Of a DNA stretch of 64,000 bases, positions 55,466-64,000 are shown one piece after another. This DNA is from a virus (lineage: Duplodnaviria > Caudoviricetes): positions 4,463 to 68,462 of IMG/VR virus record IMGVR_UViG_3300046517_001147; one strand, written 5' to 3'. A program made the translations under genes and the position numbers. The notes beneath the pieces were generated by a model. That model saw nothing but the letters and a program-made list of their open reading frames with translations, was not told where the DNA came from and ran no database searches. Each line of letters begins with the position of its first letter. The stretch's first letter is position 1.

Positions 55466-56152
55466 ATGCCGACGTACCCCACAGGAAGCGGCGGAAACAC
55501 TCCCGTAGCACTCCTTCAACCTGGAGTCCCAGGTTACGCTTTCGGTTCGCTGAACAAACGTTTTCCGACTACCCTCCTGCAGATCACCAACGTCGCGCTT
55601 ACCAGCAACGTCGCCACGGTCACTGTGACCATACGCAGAGGCGCCGTTCCTATCGCTGGCAATCTGATTTCAATTACTGGGACAGCCGGAGCGAGCGGCG
55701 CATTCAACGTTTCAAACATTGCAATTTCAACAGTCTCGATCGATTCCGTAACTGGAATAGGAACGATCACTTTCCCGCTTACCCATGCGGATGTGGTGAG
55801 CGCTGCGGATGCTGGACAGGGCTACGTACCGCCGGCCGAAGTCGCGGAAACCCTGGCAGTCCAGAAAAGCCAAGCCTTTGCAATTCAGGATTCGATCGGG
55901 AGAGGTTACGGAATCACTTGGGCGTATACCTTGCCTTCGGCTCCGTCAACAATTTCGATTCAGCTTGAGGGCGCGGTAAACAACAACGACGCTGAATACA
56001 CGGCTATCGGTTCTGCGGTCACCACGACGACCGGCTACAACGAGCAAATTGCCCAACTTCCTAACCTGGTGAATTTCGTTCGCCTGAGAGTTACCGCGAC
56101 GACCGGCGGAAGCGCTCCCACGATTATTGGGAAACTCACTCTGGGGAGCTAA
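55466..56152 (+). CDS. virion appendage adaptor-like protein, paralogue A
   Basis: Thr-rich beta protein; aligns end to end with 58811-59491. Confidence 0.65.
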   Translation: MPTYPTGSGGNTPVALLQPGVPGYAFGSLNKRFPTTLLQITNVALTSNVATVTVTIRRGAVPIAGNLISITGTAGASGAFNVSNIAISTVSIDSVTGIGTITFPLTHADVVSAADAGQGYVPPAEVAETLAVQKSQAFAIQDSIGRGYGITWAYTLPSAPSTISIQLEGAVNNNDAEYTAIGSAVTTTTGYNEQIAQLPNLVNFVRLRVTATTGGSAPTIIGKLTLGS

Positions 56153-58747
56153 ATGCCTCCAGTCATTACATCCGGTCCTACATACACAGTAACGGACACA
56201 ACCATAGTCGCTGTTTGGACTACGGACATTCCTGCAGATTCCAATATGACCGTTACCGGCGGGAGTTTTCCTAGCGGCAAGAATGCTGTCGATAACGGAC
56301 TCGCGGCAAACTCCACTTCGCACCAAGCTGTAGCGGCCGGCTTGGACGTTAACACGGTTTTTTCATGCGTCGTAACTTCTGGCGGTACTAGTTCATCTCC
56401 ACAGAATCAAACCACAGCCGTAGCGCATTCGACGACTCCCATAACGATTGCATTTTTCGGTGCCGCTACAGCCACTTCGCCTGACGGCGATATTCTCTAC
56501 AATTTTCTGTCCAACGATAATCTCACCTACATGACGCGGGATGACGCGAACACTCCCGGCACGAACGCCAATCAACAGATCGACAAAATTACCAACGAAT
56601 CGACTCTGGCTATCAGCCAAGTAAACGCGCTCACCGCCTACGGCGCCTTTAATACAACCAACGGAACGGATGGACCTGGCGGCATTGCGCTATCCAACAA
56701 ATTCAACGGTCTTTTCGGCATGGCCGGTTCGCTTTTTGGATTTACCGGGCGGCATCAAATCACTAGTGGGCCGGTTGTTCGCAAACAGTACTACGGCAAC
56801 GTGATCCGCTCCGATAACCACGGCGCTTCATGGAGCAACTTCAACAATCCTACGACGTTTAACGCTAATGGGATTCCCGCTTTTCCCAACAGCGGCGGCA
56901 ATTCAGTTGCTCCTTTTTTCTTTGGAGCCAATAGTAATTTTGGATGGGTTACTCCGGTTAGGTATGCCGCCGATGACGGGACTCTAGGCTACAACACACC
57001 CGGCAACGGCTTTGACGGAGGGAACGCTTATTGCTATTTCGCGATACTCGACGGAAACAACGACTCTGCCGACTACGCATACTTGGGGCGCATTCCGCGC
57101 ATTAGTCTGTTCGCGCTTGACTACACGGCGGAGCAGTTTTGGATTGGCCCTACTTCTCCAACCGCGGCCGATTTTGTCAATGATGCTAACTGGCAATCGG
57201 CTTCCACTGGGCTAACACAGATTTATGCGGCTGCTGGTAAAGTCGGATGGCCGGACATTTGTTTCATTCCGACGATCAATCGCTATTTGTTGTTCACTTC
57301 TTACCGTCCGGATACATCGGTTACTGGGAATACTGTCTGGCAAGTATTAGAAGGTCCGACACCTGCAGGTCCATGGACACTGATAGGACTAAAGACGAAT
57401 ACCACTACTGGTTATTATGCCCAGACCATCCTGCATCGCACGGCTTGCACCAACGTTTTGACCGACGGCATTGCGCTCACTGTGATTTATTCCGGCGACT
57501 TCCAAAACGCCTCTATGTACCATCCGACCTACAGCACGCTGACCTTGTCCACGCAGCCGCAAAATCCAGTAACTAATTTATTTGTCCAGGCAAAAGGCAG
57601 CACCACCGCGCTGACAGGTACTAATCCTACTTTTGCTTACAATTCTAATGTGACCAGCGGCGATCTTTTGGTTGCTGTCCTGCGCTATAACAGTTCTGGC
57701 GTCCCACGCCTAAGCTCAGTTACCAGCAACCGCACCACTGGAAACTGGACGGTCGTATACGATCAAAATGACGGCGGCGGAACACCTATTCAGGAAGCCT
57801 GGGCTTATGCCTGGGCTACTTCAACTGGCGCTTGCACCGTAACGTTTAACTTCGGCGCCTCAATCATTGGATTTGATGTATGCCTTTGTGAGTGGTCTGG
57901 CCCGACTGCGTTCCGTGTCAATGCTGGACTTAAGAATACGACTCAATCGACCAACATTGTCGGCAACACGCTTTCCTGTTATGCCGGAGATTTATTGATT
58001 GGCGTAATCGGACTGGGAAGCGCTGCCAACAATACTTTTACCGCAGCGAGCGGTTATGTGCTTCGGGCGCAAGGCAAGAACGGCGCTGTGAATTTTTGTG
58101 CGGTGCAGGATAAACTTACCGCAGCCTTGCAATTTGCTACCGCACAATTTGTAAGCAATTTTACTGACGGCTCAGTAAGAGCGATCCTAGACTTAGCTGC
58201 GTTCTATTCCCAAGGAATCATTTCAGGCAATGTCGGTGTGGCCGGTGCGACCGTGGCCTGGACTTCGGTAAGCTCCGGTTCCGGTTCAACCACTTCGGAC
58301 GGCTCCGGCAACTATTCCACGTCAAGTTTAGCTTCCGACGTTTACACGCTCACTCCTACAAAAACAGGCTATAGCTTCTCTCCGACCAGCGTCCAGCAAG
58401 TAATGGTTAGCGCCAACTTAACGGGCGTGAATTTCACGGCGACACACTTGCCTGTGTCCACCCCTTCGATTTCACCCAATGGAGGGAATTTTGATTCTCC
58501 TCAAACGGTAACCGTGAGCGATACGGATTCCGGGCTCGCTGGTTTTGCGATGTACTACACGACGGATGGGACTACGCCTACCACTGGTTCCACGCTTTAC
58601 ACTGCACCGATCGCGGTAAGTACTTCCTTGACTTTAAAAGTCTTGGCCGTCGCTACGGGCTTTCTCAATAGTGCGGTTGCTTCGGCTACTTTCAACGTTG
58701 TTCGTGGTGGCGGCGGTCTAGGATACAGATTTACTTATGGCTTTTGA
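56153..58747 (+). CDS. multidomain receptor-binding / glycosidase-like protein
   Basis: FN3-like N-terminus; beta-propeller-like region with Asp-box RSDNHGASWS; beta-sandwich; CHB_HEX_C-like YYTTDGTTPT domain. Confidence 0.7.
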   Translation: MPPVITSGPTYTVTDTTIVAVWTTDIPADSNMTVTGGSFPSGKNAVDNGLAANSTSHQAVAAGLDVNTVFSCVVTSGGTSSSPQNQTTAVAHSTTPITIAFFGAATATSPDGDILYNFLSNDNLTYMTRDDANTPGTNANQQIDKITNESTLAISQVNALTAYGAFNTTNGTDGPGGIALSNKFNGLFGMAGSLFGFTGRHQITSGPVVRKQYYGNVIRSDNHGASWSNFNNPTTFNANGIPAFPNSGGNSVAPFFFGANSNFGWVTPVRYAADDGTLGYNTPGNGFDGGNAYCYFAILDGNNDSADYAYLGRIPRISLFALDYTAEQFWIGPTSPTAADFVNDANWQSASTGLTQIYAAAGKVGWPDICFIPTINRYLLFTSYRPDTSVTGNTVWQVLEGPTPAGPWTLIGLKTNTTTGYYAQTILHRTACTNVLTDGIALTVIYSGDFQNASMYHPTYSTLTLSTQPQNPVTNLFVQAKGSTTALTGTNPTFAYNSNVTSGDLLVAVLRYNSSGVPRLSSVTSNRTTGNWTVVYDQNDGGGTPIQEAWAYAWATSTGACTVTFNFGASIIGFDVCLCEWSGPTAFRVNAGLKNTTQSTNIVGNTLSCYAGDLLIGVIGLGSAANNTFTAASGYVLRAQGKNGAVNFCAVQDKLTAALQFATAQFVSNFTDGSVRAILDLAAFYSQGIISGNVGVAGATVAWTSVSSGSGSTTSDGSGNYSTSSLASDVYTLTPTKTGYSFSPTSVQQVMVSANLTGVNFTATHLPVSTPSISPNGGNFDSPQTVTVSDTDSGLAGFAMYYTTDGTTPTTGSTLYTAPIAVSTSLTLKVLAVATGFLNSAVASATFNVVRGGGGLGYRFTYGF

Positions 58748-58810
58748 ACCGTGATATAGTGCCCCACAAGCGGAATCGGGCCGCACCGAATTGTCTTGGA
58801 GCCTGATTCT

Positions 58811-59491
58811 ATGCCGCCATACGAATTTTCGCCCGGTGTGAATGAACAACCGAAACTGCTGCAGCCTGGAGTTACCGGCTACGCTTTCGGCTCTTTCGAT
58901 TCGAAGTTTCCCACCACACTTCTAAAGATTCTTACCGTCGCCATTTCCAGCAACGTCGCGACGATCACGGCAACCATCCGTGAAGGCAAAGTTCCGACGG
59001 TTGGAAGTCTGATTACCATTCGGGGAACGACAACTGCCGGCGGCTCTTTCAACGTCCTCAATGTCGCGATTGCCACGGTTCTCTTTGACTCCGTGACCGG
59101 AATCGGTGTGATTACTTTTTCTCTTGTCGATGCCGATGTGGGAGCGGTAGCCGATACGGGAATGGGCTATGTGCCCATGCCTGAAATTGGAGAGGCTTGC
59201 GCTAACGGCGCGAGCGTAGCCTTTGCTATTCAGGACATTGCCGGCCATAACGATAACGGTCTCACCGTCCAGTGGAGTACTTCCTACCCGTCTTCTCCGG
59301 CAATTATGACTGCCATCCTGCAAGGCGCTGACTTCGACGCGGACGATCAGTACATAGAAATCGATCGAAGCACTAGCCTACCGTCGGATAGCCGTTCCAG
59401 CACGCAGACCCGATTCCGGTTTCTTCGCGTGTTGTGGCAAGACTTGGCGGGTGGAACGAATCCTACAGGTATTGTGCGAATCAACATTTGA
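58811..59491 (+). CDS. virion appendage adaptor-like protein, paralogue B
   Basis: LLQPGVTGYAFGSFDSKFPTTLL versus LLQPGVPGYAFGSLNKRFPTTLL in paralogue A. Confidence 0.65.
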   Translation: MPPYEFSPGVNEQPKLLQPGVTGYAFGSFDSKFPTTLLKILTVAISSNVATITATIREGKVPTVGSLITIRGTTTAGGSFNVLNVAIATVLFDSVTGIGVITFSLVDADVGAVADTGMGYVPMPEIGEACANGASVAFAIQDIAGHNDNGLTVQWSTSYPSSPAIMTAILQGADFDADDQYIEIDRSTSLPSDSRSSTQTRFRFLRVLWQDLAGGTNPTGIVRINI

Positions 59492-59499
59492 GGCTGACG

Positions 59500-61941
59500 A
59501 TGAAAAAGACTTTTCTCATATTGTTGTTCTTGCTTGGTGCGCTTCCCGCATTCGGCCAATACCGTCAACCGATCGCTACACACACCAATGTTGACGGAAA
59601 GATTGATTACATAGACTTCCGCGTGTCCGATCTTCTAAAGCCGGAAGCATCTCCACCGTCTCCGGCCGTTTCCATCCAGAAAGCGGGAATTTTCGATTTT
59701 CAATGTACCGCTACGCCTACTAATCCTCCGACCGGCAATGATCGCTTTTACTGCGACTCTGGAACGGGGAATATGGCTTGCCTGACTTCAAGTGGAGCGA
59801 ATTGTCTGCCTGGTGGCGGTGGCGGTGGCGGCTCTGGAACGGTAACCAGTGTCGGCCTTGCTGCTCCTGGCGGAATGGTGGTTTCAGGCTCTCCGGTGAT
59901 TGGCGCTGGAACGCTTACTTGGGGTATGCCGGCGGGATGGAGTCTGGGCGACTTGCTGGTTGGGAATGGAGCTAATTCAGTCGCGCGCCTTGCTGCTCCG
60001 ACGACTCCCGACGGTGTTCCGGAAACGCTAATTTCTACTCCTTCGGGCGGCGCTGTGGCGCCGGCCTACGCTCTAACCGGATTGGCTGGCCGGGTAGTTT
60101 CTGGAACGACCGACACGATTCTGGCAACTGACCGTTCACCAAAGACAGTTGAGTACACAAGCAATGCTGCGGTAGCGGTTACTGTGCCCGACCCTGGGAG
60201 TACTGGTTTCGGAACGAATCCGGCTTTCGTGACGATCGCAGAAGGCTCTGGAGTAGTAACCTTCACTCCACAAACGAGCGCGGTGATTACTTGGTGCAAT
60301 GGCGCGGTATGCTTCCTGGGCCAAACATCTCTAACCCTGTTGACCGGGCAAATAGGCAACTGGTCTTCTCCTGATGGCGGGAATTGGCTGGTGCGCGTAA
60401 CTTCGACCGGCGCTGGTGGTGGCTCGCCAATCTTCAATAATCAGTGTCTTTCTGGCTGCGGAGTGGTTTGGACCGGCCTTCTCAATTTCACGGTATCCGC
60501 TTCAACGTACAACATCGCAAGTTCTCTGTATTCGTCTCCGCAAACGAATCTGACTCTATCCGCGGCTGACCCTTCTAACCCGCGCATTGACGTGATCGCG
60601 GTGAACGCTTCTGGCGCGGCGGTAGTGATTACCGGAACGCCGGCTGGCAGTCCTTCGGCTCCTACCGTTGATCCTCAAAGTCAGTTGGCTCTTACTTTTG
60701 TGACCGTTCCTGCTGGTTCGACGACTCCAACGCTTTCGAGCATCACCGTGTATGACGAAAACCTGACTCCGCCAACGGAGTGGACTTGCACGCCGACCGC
60801 AAATTTCAACTGCAACTCGACAAACAACCCTTTCCACTTGACGAAGGATATTGAGGCAACCACGGCGGCCGCCGGGAACAATGTGGCGCTAGTAAACAGC
60901 GGAACCGTGAACCTGGCGACGTACAGCACTCTCACTTTCAACATCCGCAACAAGGCAAACTGGCCTAGTCAAAAGTCTCTTTCAATTTGTTTCCTAAACA
61001 GCGCAACGATAGTCGGAACATGCGTAGGATTTAAGAATGGGGTTTTTGGATTCAACCAAACCAATATCACCGGCTATCAACAAATTGTGATTCCGCTTTC
61101 TACTTTTGGGCTTGGCTCGACCGTTGTCGATCGGTTGCGCTTTCAGGTTACCGGCGGCGGCGGTGCAATCGGATTTTATCTCGACTGGATACAGTTGCAA
61201 AACACACCGACCGGCGGCGGCGGCAATTCCAACACTTTCCAGTTGCAGGTAAACAGCGTCAACACGGCTCTTACTGCGAACCTGAAAGACAATGCCAGTG
61301 TAACTTTCACGCGCACTCCGACCGCGGCCGGCATAGATGACATTACCGCTACGGCAGTTGGCGCTCCTCCCTCTGGCGCGGCCGGTGGAGCATTATCCGG
61401 AACCTACCCTAATCCCGCGTTGGCCAACGGAACGTCCTGCACCAATCAAGTGGTTACCGCAATCAATCAGACTACGGCGGCGGGAACCTGTTCTAGCGTA
61501 ACGAACGCGATGTTAAGCAATTCTTCGACGACCGTTGGTGGCGTGGCTTGCACACTCGGTTCTTCCTGCTCGCCGCACGTCAATCATGGGCTCTCATTCT
61601 CGATCGGTGACCCTTCCGGCTCGGCTCTTACAGCCGGCAGCACGACTACTGATTACTTGACGATTCCGTTTGCTTGCACCATCAATGCCTATAACCTGCT
61701 AATCGATGGCGGCACGATCACCGTCAAATTCTGGAAAATCGCGACCGGAACGGCAATTCCTACAAGCTCTAACTCGATCAATACCAGCGGGGTGGGTATT
61801 TCGACCGGCACGGCGATTCATTCCACGACACTTTCTGACTTCACAACGACGACTGTCACAGCCAACGACATTATGGCCATGAGCGTAACGGTGACCGCGA
61901 CGGCAAAATTCGTGAATGGAGTGTTGAGTTGCCAAGAATAA
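59500..61941 (+). CDS. fibre-like protein with Sec signal peptide
   Basis: MKKTFLILLFLLGALPAFG-Q; GTVTSVGL..P....SGSPV repeat; NPRIDVI; GGALSGTYPNP; many closely spaced Cys pairs. Confidence 0.75.
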   Translation: MKKTFLILLFLLGALPAFGQYRQPIATHTNVDGKIDYIDFRVSDLLKPEASPPSPAVSIQKAGIFDFQCTATPTNPPTGNDRFYCDSGTGNMACLTSSGANCLPGGGGGGGSGTVTSVGLAAPGGMVVSGSPVIGAGTLTWGMPAGWSLGDLLVGNGANSVARLAAPTTPDGVPETLISTPSGGAVAPAYALTGLAGRVVSGTTDTILATDRSPKTVEYTSNAAVAVTVPDPGSTGFGTNPAFVTIAEGSGVVTFTPQTSAVITWCNGAVCFLGQTSLTLLTGQIGNWSSPDGGNWLVRVTSTGAGGGSPIFNNQCLSGCGVVWTGLLNFTVSASTYNIASSLYSSPQTNLTLSAADPSNPRIDVIAVNASGAAVVITGTPAGSPSAPTVDPQSQLALTFVTVPAGSTTPTLSSITVYDENLTPPTEWTCTPTANFNCNSTNNPFHLTKDIEATTAAAGNNVALVNSGTVNLATYSTLTFNIRNKANWPSQKSLSICFLNSATIVGTCVGFKNGVFGFNQTNITGYQQIVIPLSTFGLGSTVVDRLRFQVTGGGGAIGFYLDWIQLQNTPTGGGGNSNTFQLQVNSVNTALTANLKDNASVTFTRTPTAAGIDDITATAVGAPPSGAAGGALSGTYPNPALANGTSCTNQVVTAINQTTAAGTCSSVTNAMLSNSSTTVGGVACTLGSSCSPHVNHGLSFSIGDPSGSALTAGSTTTDYLTIPFACTINAYNLLIDGGTITVKFWKIATGTAIPTSSNSINTSGVGISTGTAIHSTTLSDFTTTTVTANDIMAMSVTVTATAKFVNGVLSCQE

Positions 61942-63569
61942 TCTTGCTCTTTTTGGCCTTGCTCTCTCCCTGTGCGGCGCTCGCGCAGATGCCTTATTTG
62001 CAGATTGTGCAATCGCAACAGGTTTCAGCGAATGCGGCCAGTGTTGCATGTCCGGCATTTCTGCGAACTACTACCGTTGGAAACTATTTGGTGATTAGTA
62101 GCGCGTGGTTTGGCACAAACAATTTGCCTTCGGTAAGCGACACGGCGGGACACACATTCACCAATAAATACACGGATGTTGTGAATGCCAGCACGGTCAA
62201 ATTGGGTCTTTCCACGACCACCATAACCTCTGCTTCCGCTGATGCGGTAACCGTAGCTGTGACTAGCGGCTCTTTTATGTCGGTCGTCTGCATGGAAGTC
62301 TTGCCCAATTTTTCCCTTACGTTGGATGGGACTCAACCTGCGGCCAATGCTTTTTCGGGTACGCCCTCCACCGCTACAAGCGCCTCCATCACCACCACTT
62401 TCAATAATGATTTTGCTTTCTGTATCGCCAGCGGCTTCAACAGTGCCGGACTGTTCTGGGAATCGTCTCCGTATAAATTGGCCGGGGAAGCGAATGGCGC
62501 AGATTCGGGAGCTATGTCGTTTGCGTGGACTGGAACGGTAGGTGCTAAGACTTGTACGTTTAATCAAAAAAATAATTCATCTGGCGCTATAGCGATTGTG
62601 GCCTTTCAACCGCTTACAGGTTCCACGATCACCATTCAGAGCCCCACGGCGCTCCCCGATGCGGCTACTTCGGTGGCCTATCAATATACGGAATTGTCAA
62701 CAGGCGGCACGGCCGCGCTCACATGGTCGATTAGCGTAGGAGCGTTGCCTACCGGACTATCCATAAATTCGAGCACTGGCGCAATCACCGGAACGCCCAC
62801 GGTCAGCAACAATTACAGTTTTACAATCCAGGCGACGGATGGAACGCACACGTCCACCAAAGCCAGCACAATGGCGGTAACTACGGGTTTCAACACGCCT
62901 ACCGTGGTCCAGTCGAAGAGTGATGGAAGCAATTCCAATTCCACTACGCTTACATTTACTTCCAACGTCACTGCCGGGGACACAATCGTGGTTATTGGCG
63001 GGAAAGGCACCACTCACACTCTCGGCCAATACTGTACCGATAGCGTAGCTACTCCATTTCAACTTTTAGAGAGTGCCGATGGCCCTGCCGATCACCTTGC
63101 CTCGGAGATGATTACGCAGCAGTATTTCGTAGGCGTGGTTCCTTCCAGTGGAGCGGATACGGTAACTTGTTCGAGCCTTGGTGGTGTCTCAGCTATCTAT
63201 GAAGTTTCAAACGTTCAACTATTTGGCAGTGAAAACGTTTCAGTGCAAGCGCGAAGCAATTCCGGTTCGCCAATCACTTCTACTTCTCTAACCACGATTG
63301 TTCCCAATGAGATTTTATTCACTTCCGCTTCGTTCTGGACTACCACCACTTCGGCCACACTCAGCGCTCCGTTCACTGGCGTAAACGCGACTTTTAACAA
63401 TCCATCTGGCTACGATGCGGTGACCACGGTCACTGGATACACTTCCAGTTTCACTTTCAGCGGGAACACGGATACGGGATGGATGATTCCATTAGTGGGG
63501 ATTCGACCTGGCAGTAATGGCATTGTAACGCCTCCAAGTACCGGCAGGCATAAAGGACAAATCCTGTGA
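61929..63569 (+). CDS. secreted adhesin/fibre-like protein with putative Ig (He_PIG) domain
   Basis: MPRIILLFLALLSPCAALA-Q; WSISVGALPTGLSINSSTGAITGTPT; two flanking beta-sandwich modules. Confidence 0.75.
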   Translation: MPRIILLFLALLSPCAALAQMPYLQIVQSQQVSANAASVACPAFLRTTTVGNYLVISSAWFGTNNLPSVSDTAGHTFTNKYTDVVNASTVKLGLSTTTITSASADAVTVAVTSGSFMSVVCMEVLPNFSLTLDGTQPAANAFSGTPSTATSASITTTFNNDFAFCIASGFNSAGLFWESSPYKLAGEANGADSGAMSFAWTGTVGAKTCTFNQKNNSSGAIAIVAFQPLTGSTITIQSPTALPDAATSVAYQYTELSTGGTAALTWSISVGALPTGLSINSSTGAITGTPTVSNNYSFTIQATDGTHTSTKASTMAVTTGFNTPTVVQSKSDGSNSNSTTLTFTSNVTAGDTIVVIGGKGTTHTLGQYCTDSVATPFQLLESADGPADHLASEMITQQYFVGVVPSSGADTVTCSSLGGVSAIYEVSNVQLFGSENVSVQARSNSGSPITSTSLTTIVPNEILFTSASFWTTTTSATLSAPFTGVNATFNNPSGYDAVTTVTGYTSSFTFSGNTDTGWMIPLVGIRPGSNGIVTPPSTGRHKGQIL

Positions 63570-64000
63570 AGATGCTCTCTCGATGGATTCTCCTTACCGG
63601 CGTCCTGCTCGGCGCCGTGCTCACTTTCATGCTTCTCTGGAAGCACCAACAGCCAAAGCATCCGGTTGCTAGAACCATAGCGAAGGGTAAATTCATAGCG
63701 AAGTTGGGTTCTGGCTGGTTTGTGCGCTCGTCAACAGCTTGTCCTACAAATGGAAATGGTACTTCTTCCAGTTGCGCGGCTTCTCCTGGCGGGGCGGGAG
63801 CCTGGTCGGGATTCGCCAATATCGGTTGGGGTTCGATTCATGCCGGCGACACATTGTCAATGCAAGCCGGAGACACCTACGCGGAGCAGTTGACGATCGG
63901 CGCATCCGGAACCAGCGGAAGCCCTGTCACCATCACGGTAAATGGCGTCGGGACGGCCATTATAGACGGCGGCAACGCTCGTACTGGATTTAGTTTCAAC
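63566..64000 (+). CDS. 5' part (3'-truncated) of an N-terminally anchored or secreted beta-helix (pectin-lyase-like, depolymerase) protein
   Basis: Not in the ORF track. GTGA-coupled; MKMLSRWILLTGVLLGAVLTFMLLW...NGNGT...GAW...AGDTL...GDTYAEQLTIGASGTSGSPVTI...AIIDGG; open to the window end. Confidence 0.7.
   Translation, partial: MKMLSRWILLTGVLLGAVLTFMLLWKHQQPKHPVARTIAKGKFIAKLGSGWFVRSSTACPTNGNGTSSSCAASPGGAGAWSGFANIGWGSIHAGDTLSMQAGDTYAEQLTIGASGTSGSPVTITVNGVGTAIIDGGNARTGFSFN

Noticed and set aside
55466-59491. Diversity-generating retroelement or invertible fibre cassette
   Set aside because: The paralogues differ at all base types, and no reverse transcriptase, invertase or inverted crossover sites were seen.

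Overview
This window is most of the genome of a tailed dsDNA bacteriophage, probably podovirus-like: it has a P22-type portal, head-tail and ejection proteins, and no tape measure, sheath or tube. The host is inferred to be an Acidobacteria-like diderm, from a TPEPS-type PEP-CTERM tag and ASPM/choice-of-anchor-D, putative-Ig and CHB_HEX_C domains. Layout: (1) 1-1.6 kb, + strand: end of a fibre gene and holin-like genes. (2) 1.6-17.9 kb, - strand: HNH, SleB-type endolysin, papain-family peptidase, Tat lipoprotein, a 79-aa replication-initiator-like domain behind a structured non-coding leader, SSAP recombinase, KTSC, resolvase-like nuclease, PEP-CTERM protein, DUF932 and ArdC-like genes. A small HTH repressor sits on the + strand at 13049. 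(3) 18-47 kb, + strand: TerS, RHH module, TerL, HiPIP-like protein, portal, scaffold, capsid, GroES, tail hub and ejection proteins. (4) 47-55.4 kb: a nine-gene glycan synthesis and methylation cluster. (5) 55.4-64 kb: duplicated adaptor genes and Ser/Thr/Cys-rich fibre-like proteins, three with export signals. No integrase, polymerase, helicase, tRNA, CRISPR or reverse transcriptase was recognised. The best leads are the Sec-exported Cys-rich fibres beside the glycosylation cassette, a five-site palindromic operator that also covers that cassette, the structured RNA upstream of the minimal initiator domain, and the phage PEP-CTERM and HiPIP genes. All assignments come from reading motifs by eye; no searches were run.
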